A stretch of 64,000 bases of DNA. Origin: Candidatus Obscuribacterales bacterium (GTDB lineage Bacteria > Cyanobacteriota > Vampirovibrionia > Obscuribacterales > Obscuribacteraceae). Below the pieces are notes generated by a model. The model worked only from the letters and a program-made list of their open reading frames with translations. It was not told the DNA's origin and did not search any database. Where the stretch lies: NCBI GenBank assembly GCA_965228855.1, contig CBDDIJ010000003.1, positions 1,216,001-1,280,000 of the forward strand. The letters are read 5' to 3'. Shown here piece by piece: positions 8,780-20,217 of the stretch. The number at the start of each line of letters is the position of its first letter. Position 1 is the stretch's first letter. Made by a program: the position numbers and the translations under genes.

Positions 8780-11700
8780 ATCTCATACGGTTAGCTATGA
8801 CTCGTCCGGTCACTATTATCGTGGTGGTCATGGGTGTTGTTCTGTTGTCGGTTCTGGCGATTTCCCGAATGCAGATAGATATTTTCCCTCATTTGAATCT
8901 GCCAAGAATTAGCGTTGTACAGCCGTACGGCGGTATGGATCCTTCTCAAATGGAAGGATACATGGTGACATTTTACGAACAGCATTTCTTCTACATTAGC
9001 GGTGTCGATCACGTGTCTTCTCGTTCGATTCAAGGCGCTGCTGTCATGGATGTCTATTTCCAACCGGACGCGGACATGGCGGATGCGATGTCGCAGGTCG
9101 TCGCTCAGGTCGAGCGTTCTAGAGCATACATGCCACCGGGGACGGTGACTCCCTTCATCCTTAGATTCGACGTCGGTAACGTTCCTGTTGGATATCTTGT
9201 CTTTTCTAGCCCGACTAGAGATCTCGGGCAAATTCAGGATCTGGTTTATGCCCGAATTCGACCGGTGGTTTCAACCATCCCGGGTGCGTCGACGCCACCT
9301 CCGTTTGGCGGAAATCAACGCTCTATTGTACTCACGGTCGATGCGAATCGACTCAATCAATACCACTTGTCTATTGAAGATATCGTTCAAGCTGTCAATG
9401 AAGGCAACGCCATCGAGCCATCAGGGGTGGTGCGAACAGGGGATTTACAGCGCATGTCTTCTGTAAACTCCGTCATCGGCGATATTCGAGGTCTTCTGGA
9501 CATCCCGCTTCGGAAGGGACCGGGCGCAAGTGTTTTTATTCGTGATATTGCCAGCGTTGAGGATACTACTGATATCCTGACCGGTTATGCACTGGTAAAT
9601 GGACGTCGTACTGTCTACATGGCGATATCCAAGCAAGCCAGTGCGTCTACTCTTCAAGTAGTAGATGATGTGAAAAAGAACGTCGCCTATATGCAGACTC
9701 TCTTGCCGGCTGATATCAAAGTTAGTTTCGAATTCGATCAATCTATTTACGTAACTCAATCGTTAAAGGGTTTGTTGGTCGAAGGCGCTATCGGTGCGCT
9801 TTTAACCGGCGGGGTCGTCCTGCTTTTCCTTCGAGATTTCCGAAGTTCGCTCATTGTTGTTTTGAATATCCCCTTCGCGTTATTGGCCGCTGTAGTCGGT
9901 TTGTGGATAAGCGGGCAGACAATCAACATTATGACGCTCAGCGGTTTGTCTCTCGCTGTCGGAATTCTTGTGGACGAAGCCACAGTTACTATCGAAAACA
10001 TTCACGCGCATCTTTTAGAAAACACGCCTCTAAAAGAGGCGATTTGGAATGCTTCTCTAGAAGTAGTGATTCCTAGGTTGCTGGCAATGCTGTCAGTGGT
10101 GTCGGTGTTTCTGCCGTCCTTCTTCATGGTTGGTGTTACGCAATCGCTTTTCGTGCCGTTGTCGCTGGCGGTAGGGTTAGCGATGTTCGCATCATACCTG
10201 TTGTCTGGAACATTCGTGCCGGTTATGTGCGCCTGGATGTTAAAACCGCACACCGCTACTCACGACGATCATGCGAGGCACAAAGAGGGGCTTATGGACA
10301 AAATCCGCCATAAGTATCAACGTGTCTTAATTAGGTTGATGAGACTAAGGCCGCTTGTTCTTACCATATTCGTACTCACTGCACTAAGCGGTATTCTGAT
10401 TTATCCAACACTTGGTCGAGAACTCTTTCCTGAGGGTAATCCCACTAGCTTCCAATTGCGCGTGAAAGCTCCTGCAGGCACTCGTTTTGAAGTCACAGAG
10501 AAAGTCGCCAAACAGATTTTACGAACGATAAGTGACACCGTTGGTGGTGAGAATGTCAAAGTGTCCATAGGTTATGTCGGCACCCAACCGCCGAGCTACG
10601 CCGTTAGTAATGTGTACATGTGGACCTCCGGACCGCAGGAAGCTGTTTTGCTTGTCGACCTGGAGGAAGGCAAATTTAATATGCACGAGTTGAAAGAGAA
10701 ACTTCGAAAACGATTTCGTGAAGAATTACCGGAAATATCAACGACATTCGAGGCTGGAGACATCGTAAATAAGATAATCCAGGTTGGCTCTCCGACACCG
10801 ATTCAAGTTGATATCAGCGGACCGAACTTCGAGGTACTGGAGAAATATGCGCGCAGGCTGCTAACGGCACTTTCGGACGACAAATATCTGCGAGATGTTG
10901 GTATCGTTCAGCCGCTGTCGTATCCAACAATTAACGTTGCGATCGATAGGGTTAGGGCTGGGCAGCTGGATGTGACTGCGCGCGAAGTTGGTCGGGCTTT
11001 GGTAGCTGCGACCTATTCCAGCCGTTTCGTTACGCCCATCTTCTGGCGAGATTCGAAGAGCGGTTTGGCCTATCAGGTTCAAGTTCAAGTGCCGCAAGGT
11101 CAAGTCAAATCTCTGAATGCGGTGGGAAATATACCGATTAAATCGGGAGGTTATGCAGGTCCGTTTTTGCGCGACGTCGCCAACGTCAGCTTTGGTACCA
11201 CTCCTGGTGAATTTGACCACTACAACATGAGCCGAATGATCAGTATTGCTGCAAACATTGGCACCAACGACCTCGGAAAAATCTCTGAAGATGTACAAAA
11301 GAGAATCGACGAGCTAGGAAAACCTCCTCGCGGTGTGAAGGTTTCCATGCGAGGTCAGGTGCCGCTAATGCAGAGCACGTTTACAGCGTTAATGCTTGGT
11401 GTCGTGTTTGCTGTTGTCGCCATTACACTGATGCTGATCGCGTTCTTCCAGTCAGTGAGACTTTCTCTAGTCATTGTCTCCGTGGTGCCAGCCATCCTAT
11501 TTGGTGCTCTCTTCGCGCTTTTCATCACACATACGACGTTGAACATACAATCATTCATGGGGGCAATTATGGCGACGGGTGTGGGAGTCGCCAACTCCAT
11601 TCTCGTCGTGGTTTTCGCTGAGGAACGGCGCGTCGGTGAAAATATATCGACGCGAACCGCGGCGATCAAAGGTGCAGGTGCGCGTTTAAGACCTGTGTTG

Positions 11701-11931
11701 ATGACCAGTATTGCTATGATCGCCGGGATGATTCCGATGGCCCTTGGGATGAGCGAAGGCGGCGACCGAACTTCACCATTGGGACGGGCGGTAATTGGTG
11801 GTCTCCTAGTTTCCACGCCTTCAGTACTACTAATTGTGCCTTTGATTTACTCGATCGTACAACGAAAAGCCAGTCGTAAAGGCGCCTCGGTAATGCCAGA
11901 ACACGCCGGGGAACCAGTAGCGATATCATGA
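8776..11931 (+). CDS. RND efflux permease (AcrB/CzcA superfamily)
   Basis: 1051 aa; GILVDEATV and RLRPVLMT motifs; ATGA overlap with upstream gene. Confidence 0.95.
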   Translation: MNLIRLAMTRPVTIIVVVMGVVLLSVLAISRMQIDIFPHLNLPRISVVQPYGGMDPSQMEGYMVTFYEQHFFYISGVDHVSSRSIQGAAVMDVYFQPDADMADAMSQVVAQVERSRAYMPPGTVTPFILRFDVGNVPVGYLVFSSPTRDLGQIQDLVYARIRPVVSTIPGASTPPPFGGNQRSIVLTVDANRLNQYHLSIEDIVQAVNEGNAIEPSGVVRTGDLQRMSSVNSVIGDIRGLLDIPLRKGPGASVFIRDIASVEDTTDILTGYALVNGRRTVYMAISKQASASTLQVVDDVKKNVAYMQTLLPADIKVSFEFDQSIYVTQSLKGLLVEGAIGALLTGGVVLLFLRDFRSSLIVVLNIPFALLAAVVGLWISGQTINIMTLSGLSLAVGILVDEATVTIENIHAHLLENTPLKEAIWNASLEVVIPRLLAMLSVVSVFLPSFFMVGVTQSLFVPLSLAVGLAMFASYLLSGTFVPVMCAWMLKPHTATHDDHARHKEGLMDKIRHKYQRVLIRLMRLRPLVLTIFVLTALSGILIYPTLGRELFPEGNPTSFQLRVKAPAGTRFEVTEKVAKQILRTISDTVGGENVKVSIGYVGTQPPSYAVSNVYMWTSGPQEAVLLVDLEEGKFNMHELKEKLRKRFREELPEISTTFEAGDIVNKIIQVGSPTPIQVDISGPNFEVLEKYARRLLTALSDDKYLRDVGIVQPLSYPTINVAIDRVRAGQLDVTAREVGRALVAATYSSRFVTPIFWRDSKSGLAYQVQVQVPQGQVKSLNAVGNIPIKSGGYAGPFLRDVANVSFGTTPGEFDHYNMSRMISIAANIGTNDLGKISEDVQKRIDELGKPPRGVKVSMRGQVPLMQSTFTALMLGVVFAVVAITLMLIAFFQSVRLSLVIVSVVPAILFGALFALFITHTTLNIQSFMGAIMATGVGVANSILVVVFAEERRVGENISTRTAAIKGAGARLRPVLMTSIAMIAGMIPMALGMSEGGDRTSPLGRAVIGGLLVSTPSVLLIVPLIYSIVQRKASRKGASVMPEHAGEPVAIS

Positions 11932-11962
11932 CTGCGACCGTAGATATGAAAAAGGATAAGCG

Positions 11963-13273
11963 ATGACGATTCCGAACAAACCAGCTGTAAATGCCCTGTG
12001 TGCATATTGTATCGCACTACTTCTCACCGCATGTGGTGCAACAAGTCCCGAGAGCAAGCTCGCTAACCATCCGGTACAGAACGGCAAACCAGCCGATGAC
12101 GCTGTTCTTGTTATCACGGCCGAACTCAAGAAATTGAAAAACGAAATCGAGGTGCCGGGCGAATTGCTTGCTTTTCAGGACGTTCCGATTCACGCAAAGG
12201 TTGAAGGATTTATTTCCTGGATCGGTGTTGACCGCGGCTCCTGGGTCAAAAAAGGTCAGAAGATGATCGAAATCTCGTGTCCGGAGCTGATGCAAAAGGT
12301 CGATGAGGCAGATGCGAAATCCAGTGCTGCAGAGTCGGTTGCCCTTCGTGCAAAGTCCGCGCTGCAAACTGAAAAGGCGAAAGTTCAACAAGATCAAGCG
12401 AAGTTCGAAGCGGATGAATTGACTTATAAACGTTTGTTGGAAGCTTCAAAAACTCCTGGAGCAATAGCGCAAAACGAGGTAGATCTCGCCGCGAAGACAG
12501 TCGAAGGCGACAGGGGACGCGTAGCTGCGGGGATAGCTTCTATAAAAGCCGCCGAAGCTGTTGTCGTGGCGGAAGAAAAGAATGTCATGGCAGCTCGGCG
12601 AGTTGTGGACTCTTTGCTCGCGATGCGTTCTTATCTGACCATTCACGCTCCGTTCGATGGCGTAGTCAGTTCGAGGAACGTCCATGAGGGGTCAATAGTT
12701 GCTGTCGATGGTTCTCGAAATGCTACTCCCCTTGTTCGTGTCCAGCAAGTTGATCGGCTGCGTTTGGTCGCTGCAATTCCGGAAGACGCCGTCGGAAACC
12801 TGCACAAAGGCGACAAAATTTCCTTCACCGTACCGGCATATCCTGGAAAGACTTTGTACGGTGTCGTCGCCAGACCTGCCTTCGCTCTGGATCCGGCTAC
12901 GCGCACCATGCCCGTCGAATTGAACGTTGAGAATTCAAAACATGAGTTGGACCCCGGCATGTTTTGCACTGTTCAATGGGTAGTCAGCCGCCCCTATGAG
13001 ACTGTTTTTCTCCCCTCATCAGCGATTGGAACAGACCTCGTTGGCAGTTTCGTCGATAAGGTTAGAGATGGAATACTTAGCAGAGTTCCTGTAAAGAAGG
13101 GTGACTCGATGGGGTCGACTGTCGAGGTGATTGGAGATGTTAAGGCAGGAGATCAGGTTGTCCTGAAGGCCAGCAATGAACTTAAGGACGGAAGTCACAT
13201 TGACTGCAAAATCGCGACGGCTGACCAAACCCAGCAAGCGAATGCTAAGCGAGAGAAAGCGGGAGGCGAATAG
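11963..13273 (+). CDS. RND periplasmic adaptor (MFP), lipoprotein
   Basis: Lipobox LTAC, biotinyl-like halves (VDRGSWVKKGQ; IHAPFDGVV), DPATRTM. Confidence 0.93.
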   Translation: MTIPNKPAVNALCAYCIALLLTACGATSPESKLANHPVQNGKPADDAVLVITAELKKLKNEIEVPGELLAFQDVPIHAKVEGFISWIGVDRGSWVKKGQKMIEISCPELMQKVDEADAKSSAAESVALRAKSALQTEKAKVQQDQAKFEADELTYKRLLEASKTPGAIAQNEVDLAAKTVEGDRGRVAAGIASIKAAEAVVVAEEKNVMAARRVVDSLLAMRSYLTIHAPFDGVVSSRNVHEGSIVAVDGSRNATPLVRVQQVDRLRLVAAIPEDAVGNLHKGDKISFTVPAYPGKTLYGVVARPAFALDPATRTMPVELNVENSKHELDPGMFCTVQWVVSRPYETVFLPSSAIGTDLVGSFVDKVRDGILSRVPVKKGDSMGSTVEVIGDVKAGDQVVLKASNELKDGSHIDCKIATADQTQQANAKREKAGGE

Positions 13274-13833
13274 TGAGAGTATTAAAGTGCGTCATCTCTA
13301 CCGCAGTTTTAATTTGCTATCTATTATTAATAGCGGCGTGCGTGTTTGTTGAAAGAGCTCTGGCGCAAAGCCCAGCGGGAAGACTCGGGGATGCGACCCA
13401 AACACCCGGCTTGTCTAAACTAGATCCATATGGAATCAACAGTCCCGGTAGCGGAAGCAATTTTGTCACCCGTCATCAGCGGTTCGGTAGTGATACCGGA
13501 ATTGGTGGCTCATCAATTGGTACCACCTCTCCGACTGCTGACTCAAGACCAGTGGTGCGTCTCGACTCTCATGATAAATCGCCTGCCCTACCCGATAGGT
13601 CACCATTTCAAAAACCGCTGACATTTTCGGAGTCGATGCTATACTCGCCTGCGCTGCGTTCCGCTACTTCGACCAAGCCGATTTTTAACACTGAGACCGA
13701 CTTCCTGACGCCATTGTCTTCCGGCAACCGCTACGAACCGCTGGATGCAAGAAAATTCGATTATTCCGACCTGTCTGGTTCTGTTCGATTCTCCCGTCGT
13801 TACAGACTTTTGAGCCCCTTCTCGCCGTTTTGA
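13273..13833 (+). CDS. Hypothetical exported protein
   Basis: GTG overlaps MFP stop; hydrophobic N-terminus ending ALA. Confidence 0.5.
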   Translation: MRVLKCVISTAVLICYLLLIAACVFVERALAQSPAGRLGDATQTPGLSKLDPYGINSPGSGSNFVTRHQRFGSDTGIGGSSIGTTSPTADSRPVVRLDSHDKSPALPDRSPFQKPLTFSESMLYSPALRSATSTKPIFNTETDFLTPLSSGNRYEPLDARKFDYSDLSGSVRFSRRYRLLSPFSPF

Positions 13834-13963
13834 CCGACCGTTTGGTCTGCCATCTTCAGTGTCACAGAAATTCACAAAGTTTTTTGCGGGTATGCGGTAA
13901 TATAGCGCTCCTCGTTGTTCCAATCGTGAGTGAAACGATTGGAGCCGCGCACTGTAACCGTGC

Positions 13964-14974
13964 GTGGCGCTGGTATCCCCGAATTTATTGAACATGCAAC
14001 AGACATTAGAATCCTCAATAGAAACGATTGCTCCGGTTTCTCGCAGAAACAACTTTTACAGAAAAGTCATTTACAGTCAGGGTATTCCGATCAAGTCAGC
14101 GGATGCAGTGGATGACGAGGCTCTACTGGTCGCTTCGACCAAACTTAATCGCATGCTATGCGGAAACATCAGCATAGTCAGCAATCTTAAGGAGCATGGG
14201 GCGGAACTTCACGTGCTTGGACGGAATCAGCGAACGACCGACCTTCCCGCTTACAGTCACTTCAAACGCAAACGTCTGGGACGGTCAAGTCCGCTTGATA
14301 CCAAATATAGAGGCAGTGGTTTGTACGCTACCTGCCCCGAAGAAAATCTTCTTGAGCTCGCAGGAGATCGATACGCCGGCTTCGACCTCTGCTCTCACGA
14401 GTTCGCTCATGTTATTTATACGTTTGGCACCGATGTTGAGTTTCGCGAGCGATTTCGCCAGCACTATCGTGCGACTATCAAGTCAGGCCTGTGGAGCGGC
14501 TGTTATGCCGCGACCTCGGATGAGGAATTTTTTGCAGAGTTATCTACCTGGTATTTTGGTTCACTCGGTGATTGCGGACACTTAGAACCGAAACCTGAGC
14601 GAGGACCGGATTGGCTGGAAAGATATGACCCTGAGTCATTTGATCTGCTTGATGATTTATACACCGGAGAACTGCTTCAAAAGCCAAATCCAGGCGTTTT
14701 GATTCAGCCGCAACTGGCATTGAATGTTCAGGAACTCAAATCAAAAACTTCGTTCACTCCGGTTTCTATGAGGTTCGTGAACACAGGAAGTGTTTTTGTG
14801 AAGGTGTACTGGGTCAATTATCAGGGTAAGCCGACACTGCTTGGGAAACTGGCTCCTGGAGAGATTCTTCCGGTGAATACTTTCAGAAATCACCCCTGGT
14901 TGATCAAAAAGCTCAATGGCGATTTGCTTGGTGTATATCTTCCTGAGCCAGAAATTTCGGTGGCGCGGATTTAA
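13964..14974 (+). CDS. Zincin metallopeptidase fused to a C-terminal VHL beta domain
   Basis: HEFAH plus downstream EEFFAE; C-terminal FVN..VYWVNYQGKP..LAPG..TFRNHPW; start 13964 or 13994. Confidence 0.8.
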   Translation: MALVSPNLLNMQQTLESSIETIAPVSRRNNFYRKVIYSQGIPIKSADAVDDEALLVASTKLNRMLCGNISIVSNLKEHGAELHVLGRNQRTTDLPAYSHFKRKRLGRSSPLDTKYRGSGLYATCPEENLLELAGDRYAGFDLCSHEFAHVIYTFGTDVEFRERFRQHYRATIKSGLWSGCYAATSDEEFFAELSTWYFGSLGDCGHLEPKPERGPDWLERYDPESFDLLDDLYTGELLQKPNPGVLIQPQLALNVQELKSKTSFTPVSMRFVNTGSVFVKVYWVNYQGKPTLLGKLAPGEILPVNTFRNHPWLIKKLNGDLLGVYLPEPEISVARI

Positions 14975-15269
14975 GACCGTTATAACAGCTACTAACATTC
15001 TGACGCAGCGATGCAGTCTAGTCGATGCGTCACTCATCAGAGTGTGAATTCTGGCGATTCATCGCATTCTCGACGCCGGTTATGCGTGTCGAAGCTGCCA
15101 CGTAACAGAAAGATTGTGCTAGTGAATTCGAGAGGCGCTCATTTTTTTCACTCCTGTGAGGGATGACATCTCACAGATCTGAATGTAAGGTGTAAGTGGA
15201 GGCAACGTGCGTTCCAGTCTTGGCGTTCGAATTCGCAAGAGCTCGTCGATACGTTGTTGGCGGTGAATA

Positions 15270-16736
15270 ATGGCTTTGAGTGTGATGCTTGTCGAAGATC
15301 AAGCGCTCATTCGCATGGGAATAGAGCTCGCTATAACTAAGGTCTCGCAATCGGAAATTGTAATCTGTTCAGTCGCCGAAAACGGTGATGACGCCGTTCG
15401 CAAATTCACGCACGCTAAACCGGACGTGATCTTAATGGATATGCACATGCCAGGCATGGACGGTCTCGAAGCCTGCAAACAGATCCGTGTTATTGATAAG
15501 CATGCGAAGATAATTTTCCTGACCAATAATGATGCAGTGGAGGACGTCTTCTCTGCATTTTCTAGTGGTGCGAGCGGCTATTGTCTGAAGGATGTTAAGC
15601 CCGACACCCTGGTGGACTTTATCCGGAAGGCTTATGAGGGTGCAATCTCCGTCGACCCGAGAATCGCTGCGGATATGCTTCGTTTTCTCACCTCACGGGA
15701 GGCGATGCCGGACCTCAAAGCGACAGCGCAGATGAATGGTCCATGCTTGAATGCTCGTGATGCTGAAGTTCTTGGTCAGATGATTAACGGTTCGGCCGGT
15801 GAGATCATGACCGTCAACACAAAGTTAAGCATCATCAACATCTTGAATAAGATCGCTTCGTTGAGTAACACCGGACGGACTAAGGCCTACTCGGAGCTTG
15901 GTGATACGGTCGCTGTCTCTGACAAGTACGAGCTCATCGAACTTCTTGGTCGAGGGGGCATGGGAACCGTTTACAAAGCCATGAACAAGAGTTCAGGCGA
16001 CCTTGTAGCGATCAAAGTTCTCACGCCAGGAAGCGCATCTGCGTGGCAGCGGTTCGTACAAGAAGCTAGCATGCTAACGAAGCTTTCGCATCAATCTGTG
16101 GTCAAGGTTTTCGATTTCCTTGTCGACCATGACGGCACTGCGTACATGATAATGGAACTGGTGGATGGTCCGTCGCTTATGAATGTTGTAGATTGCGGTG
16201 GCGCAATCATCGAAAAGGAAGCAGTCCCAATTTTTCTTCGATGCGCCGAAGCGCTTGAACACTTGCATCGCGCGGGAGTCGTGCATCGCGATCTGAAACC
16301 GAGCAACATAATTCTCTTTTGCGAGGACGAGAAGACAATCATTCCAAAAGTCGTAGATTTTGGAGTGTCGAAATTTAGTAACTTGCTATCGGCGGATCGG
16401 CTCACATTACAAGGAGAAGTTCTAGGAAGTCCGTTGTACATGAGCCCAGAGCAGTGCCGTGGTGATGATGTCACCTTCCATTCCGATATTTATTCTTTTG
16501 GGTGCGTCATGTTCGAAGTCCTCACTGGTTTTCCGCCTTTCGTGGGCGCAAACTATTTTGAAACTATGAACCTACATTCCTGTGCTCCGGTTCCAAATCT
16601 TCGAGAGATAACGAGCGCAAAGCATGCATTAAGCTCTGCAATAATAGAGATTGTGGAAAAGTGTTTGACAAAATCTCCCCACGACAGATACGAAAACGCT
16701 GATCAGCTGGTCCAGGCTCTTACTAGCATCACATAG
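15270..16736 (+). CDS. Receiver domain-Ser/Thr protein kinase fusion
   Basis: NarL-like REC (VEDQ, MDMHMP, LK); Hanks kinase GRGGMG, VAIK, HRDLKPSN, DFG, YMSPEQ. Confidence 0.92.
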   Translation: MALSVMLVEDQALIRMGIELAITKVSQSEIVICSVAENGDDAVRKFTHAKPDVILMDMHMPGMDGLEACKQIRVIDKHAKIIFLTNNDAVEDVFSAFSSGASGYCLKDVKPDTLVDFIRKAYEGAISVDPRIAADMLRFLTSREAMPDLKATAQMNGPCLNARDAEVLGQMINGSAGEIMTVNTKLSIINILNKIASLSNTGRTKAYSELGDTVAVSDKYELIELLGRGGMGTVYKAMNKSSGDLVAIKVLTPGSASAWQRFVQEASMLTKLSHQSVVKVFDFLVDHDGTAYMIMELVDGPSLMNVVDCGGAIIEKEAVPIFLRCAEALEHLHRAGVVHRDLKPSNIILFCEDEKTIIPKVVDFGVSKFSNLLSADRLTLQGEVLGSPLYMSPEQCRGDDVTFHSDIYSFGCVMFEVLTGFPPFVGANYFETMNLHSCAPVPNLREITSAKHALSSAIIEIVEKCLTKSPHDRYENADQLVQALTSIT

Positions 16737-16782
16737 ATGAGTTTATTCCTCGGTCAAAAGCAATTTTCAAAACGGTGGCGAA

Positions 16783-19700
16783 ATGTCTCTTCCCGAAATC
16801 CTGATCAATATATTGAACCAAATTCCAGAGGGCATCGCGATTTGTGATAAAAATGGGAGACTATCATTTCTGAACGACACGGGCGCCAACATCCTCGGCG
16901 TCGCCGGCGTCGGAAGTATGGCCGAAGAGTGGACCACAATATTTGGCTTGTATCATGCCGACAAAATTACACCGGTGCCGGTATCAGCTCTTCCGCTTTT
17001 CCGGGCCAGCAAAGGAGAACCTACTTCCGATATCGAATTGTTTGTAAATAACGGTGCAGTATCAGGACGATGGATTACTGTATCTGGTAAACCATTGGTA
17101 GGTCTGGAAAACTTGGAACTTGCGGGGGTGGTCGTATTCAAGGACATAACTGAGCGCAAGACGCAAGAGATTGCCGCGCAGGAGCTAGCAGCAATCGTAG
17201 AGAATTCGAACGATGCGATTGTCGGAAAAACTATCGATGGAATCATTCGGAGCTGGAATAAAGGCGCGCAAATGATTTTTGGCTACGAGCCTGATGAGGT
17301 AATCGGGCGACATGTCTCTCTTTTAATCCCTGCGAATAAGCTCGAGGAAGAGAGCACAATCATTGATTGTGTGAAGGGCGGCGAACGAATTGATCATTTT
17401 GAAACTGTTCGTCTTTCGAAGGATGGCCGCTTGGTCGATGTGTCTCTAACGGTTTCTCCGATTAAGGATGAATCTGGCACAGTAATCGGCGCGTCAAAGA
17501 CAGCTCGCGATATAGGCGAGCGTAAGAAACTCGATGAGGTCCAGAAGGAACGTCTGTACATTACCATGCTAGGTTTGGAAATAAGCACGATCGTTAATGA
17601 GCCTTTGTCGTTGGAACAAATGCTGAACAAGATCGTAGATGCACTGGTAAAACGATTCGATGCTGCATTCGCAAGAATTTGGTTGTTCAACAGGGACGAG
17701 AATGTTCTTGAACTCAAGGCTAGTGCCGGTCTATATACTCATTTGAACGGTAAGCACAGTCGAATCCCTCTTGGGGAATTAAAAGTTGGGGTCATAGCAG
17801 AGGAGCGAAGCGCGCACATTACCAACTCTATTCTCGAGGACCCGCTTATCGCCGACAAAGCTTGGGCTCAACGAGAGGGGCTAGCTTCATTCGTCGGTCA
17901 TCCCCTCGTTGTAGACGGTGAGTTGCTCGGTGTTGTCGCGATGTTCGGCAGAAAGCCTTTTCCTGAATTGACCATGAAGGCGCAAACGTCGGTCGCAAGC
18001 ATCGTTGCACTGGGAATTGCCAGAAAAATTACAGAAGAGGCTCTTAAAGCTTCAAGGAAGAAATTGGAGACCTTGAATCAAGCGCTTTCTCATGCTCGCG
18101 ATCAGGCTCAATCAGCCTCCCAATTTAAATCGGAGTTCGTCGCTAACATGAGTCACGAGATCAGAACTCCTATGAACGCCATTATAGGCATGACAAACTT
18201 TTTGCTGCAAACACCTTTAACAGAGCAACAGTACAGATTTGCCGATAACATCAGCAATGCATCGACCACGCTATTACGTGTCGTGAATGACATTCTCGAT
18301 TTTAGCAAAATTGAGGCCGGAAAGTTTGATCTCGACTGCATTGACTTCGATTTATCTAACCTTGTAGAGGGCGTGTGTGGGCTATTCTCTATCGAGGCGA
18401 ACTCGAAAGGTTTGTCTCTGATGAGTTATATAGATCCAGTTATTCCTCGGACTCTACGCGGCGATCCTGAGAGAATTACTCAGGTCTTGCTCAACCTCGT
18501 TGGCAATGCCATCAAATTCACGGAGTCAGGGCACGTCGTAGTCAGAGTGCTATTGGAATCGATTACCGACGGCTTCGCAACTCTCTGTTTTTCTGTTGAA
18601 GATACTGGAATCGGTTTGTCAGAACATGAGATTGAACGATTGTTTCAGCCGTTTGTTCAGGGTGACGGCTCTATAAGTCGACGATACGGTGGTTCAGGTC
18701 TGGGCTTAAGCATTTCGAACGGACTGGTGAAGCTAATGGGTGACCGAATTCGTGTTGAAAGTCAAAAAGGAGTGGGTTCAAAATTCTCCTTCGCAATCGC
18801 GTTAGAACCGAGAAATTCGAAAAGTGAATCTGAAGTTAAAAAGGCAAGCGTTCTAAACGGGACTAAAGTTCTTGTAGTAGATGATAGCGACCATGCAAGA
18901 GAAATTCTTAATAGCTATCTGCATTCCTGGAAAATGGAAGTTAGCACCACATCTAGTGCAAGCCAAGTCTTGAATCTTCTTCGAGCAGCCAACCAAGAAG
19001 GAAATCCATTCCAGATTGCGATCATTGATATGATGATGCCTGATGTTACAGGACTTGAACTTGGAAGACAAATACTCTCTGACCCCGCTTTAGACCAAAC
19101 AAAGTTGATGCTATTGACTGCGCACGATGTCGCTGGTCTTTCCAAGCAAGCTAATGATGTTGGATTCAGGGCCTTCTTGACCAAGCCGCTTCGTCAATCG
19201 CAACTACTCGAAAGCATCACTCAGGTTCTATCAGGAAAATCTGGTATCAAGGTATCGGCGAGTTACCCAAGAGTGAGGCATAAGGAGCGAGGCGAACGAA
19301 AGGAAGACCAGCAAGACGTGCAACGCCATGAGTTGATACTGATTGTGGAAGACCATCCGATCAACCAGCAAGTAGCCCAAATTTATGCTTCTGAATTGGG
19401 TCTCGAGTTTCACTCAGCGAGCAACGGACATGAAGCGGTTGCCGCCGTGGGACTTCATAACTACTCACTGATCCTTATGGATTGTCAGATGCCCGATATG
19501 GATGGCTTCGCTGCCACGAGCGCAATACGTAACCTGGAGTCTTCACAGGGACACCGGACGCCGATAATCGCAATGACTGCCCACGCTCTGCGAGGAGACC
19601 GTGAGCGTTGCATTGCCGCAGGAATGGACGACTACATCAGTAAACCGATCGACCCCAAAGAGTTTCGCGCCGTAGTGAATAGGTGGCTGGATATTTCTGA

Positions 19701-20079
19701 GCGGACGCTCGTAGAGGCTTGCAAAAATGAACTTGAGCCGACCCTCAAAGAACTTGACACGGAGGCTCTGCTTGAGAAATATGGAGAAGCAAATTCCCAA
19801 AAATTGGTTTCTATGTTCCTGAGAGATATGCCGTCTCAGCTTGAAGAACTCGCAGGAGCCGCCTCCAATCATGACACAGTAAAGGTCAAGGACGTTCTGC
19901 ATCGGATAAAAGGACTAACATCCGCGGTCTGTGCATCCAAAATGTTTGACCTTTGTCGGAACCTGGAGAAGATCGAGTTTACCGGTGACGATGCTGTCGT
20001 TCATACTCACCACATTACGAAGGAATTCGAACAGCTGAGCAATTATTGTCGAACTTCATTTCTTCCGAACGACGAGTGA
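16783..20079 (+). CDS. Hybrid histidine kinase PAS-PAS-GAF-HisKA-HATPase-REC-REC-Hpt
   Basis: [11 protein letters not shown]-box, [17 protein letters not shown], two receivers, C-terminal LHRIKG. Confidence 0.95.
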   Translation: MSLPEILINILNQIPEGIAICDKNGRLSFLNDTGANILGVAGVGSMAEEWTTIFGLYHADKITPVPVSALPLFRASKGEPTSDIELFVNNGAVSGRWITVSGKPLVGLENLELAGVVVFKDITERKTQEIAAQELAAIVENSNDAIVGKTIDGIIRSWNKGAQMIFGYEPDEVIGRHVSLLIPANKLEEESTIIDCVKGGERIDHFETVRLSKDGRLVDVSLTVSPIKDESGTVIGASKTARDIGERKKLDEVQKERLYITMLGLEISTIVNEPLSLEQMLNKIVDALVKRFDAAFARIWLFNRDENVLELKASAGLYTHLNGKHSRIPLGELKVGVIAEERSAHITNSILEDPLIADKAWAQREGLASFVGHPLVVDGELLGVVAMFGRKPFPELTMKAQTSVASIVALGIARKITEEALKASRKKLETLNQALSHARDQAQSASQFKSEFVANMSHEIRTPMNAIIGMTNFLLQTPLTEQQYRFADNISNASTTLLRVVNDILDFSKIEAGKFDLDCIDFDLSNLVEGVCGLFSIEANSKGLSLMSYIDPVIPRTLRGDPERITQVLLNLVGNAIKFTESGHVVVRVLLESITDGFATLCFSVEDTGIGLSEHEIERLFQPFVQGDGSISRRYGGSGLGLSISNGLVKLMGDRIRVESQKGVGSKFSFAIALEPRNSKSESEVKKASVLNGTKVLVVDDSDHAREILNSYLHSWKMEVSTTSSASQVLNLLRAANQEGNPFQIAIIDMMMPDVTGLELGRQILSDPALDQTKLMLLTAHDVAGLSKQANDVGFRAFLTKPLRQSQLLESITQVLSGKSGIKVSASYPRVRHKERGERKEDQQDVQRHELILIVEDHPINQQVAQIYASELGLEFHSASNGHEAVAAVGLHNYSLILMDCQMPDMDGFAATSAIRNLESSQGHRTPIIAMTAHALRGDRERCIAAGMDDYISKPIDPKEFRAVVNRWLDISERTLVEACKNELEPTLKELDTEALLEKYGEANSQKLVSMFLRDMPSQLEELAGAASNHDTVKVKDVLHRIKGLTSAVCASKMFDLCRNLEKIEFTGDDAVVHTHHITKEFEQLSNYCRTSFLPNDE

Positions 20080-20217
20080 GTCGAACTTCTATTGGAGCGG
20101 ACTTATGAGTTCAGAGAACTCTCGAAATAAGGGATGTCATTGGGGTTTTGAAATTCTATTGAAACCAAAGTGATATAACCTGTCCAATGATGCCACTGCC
20201 CGTGGAGCAAGCCCCGA

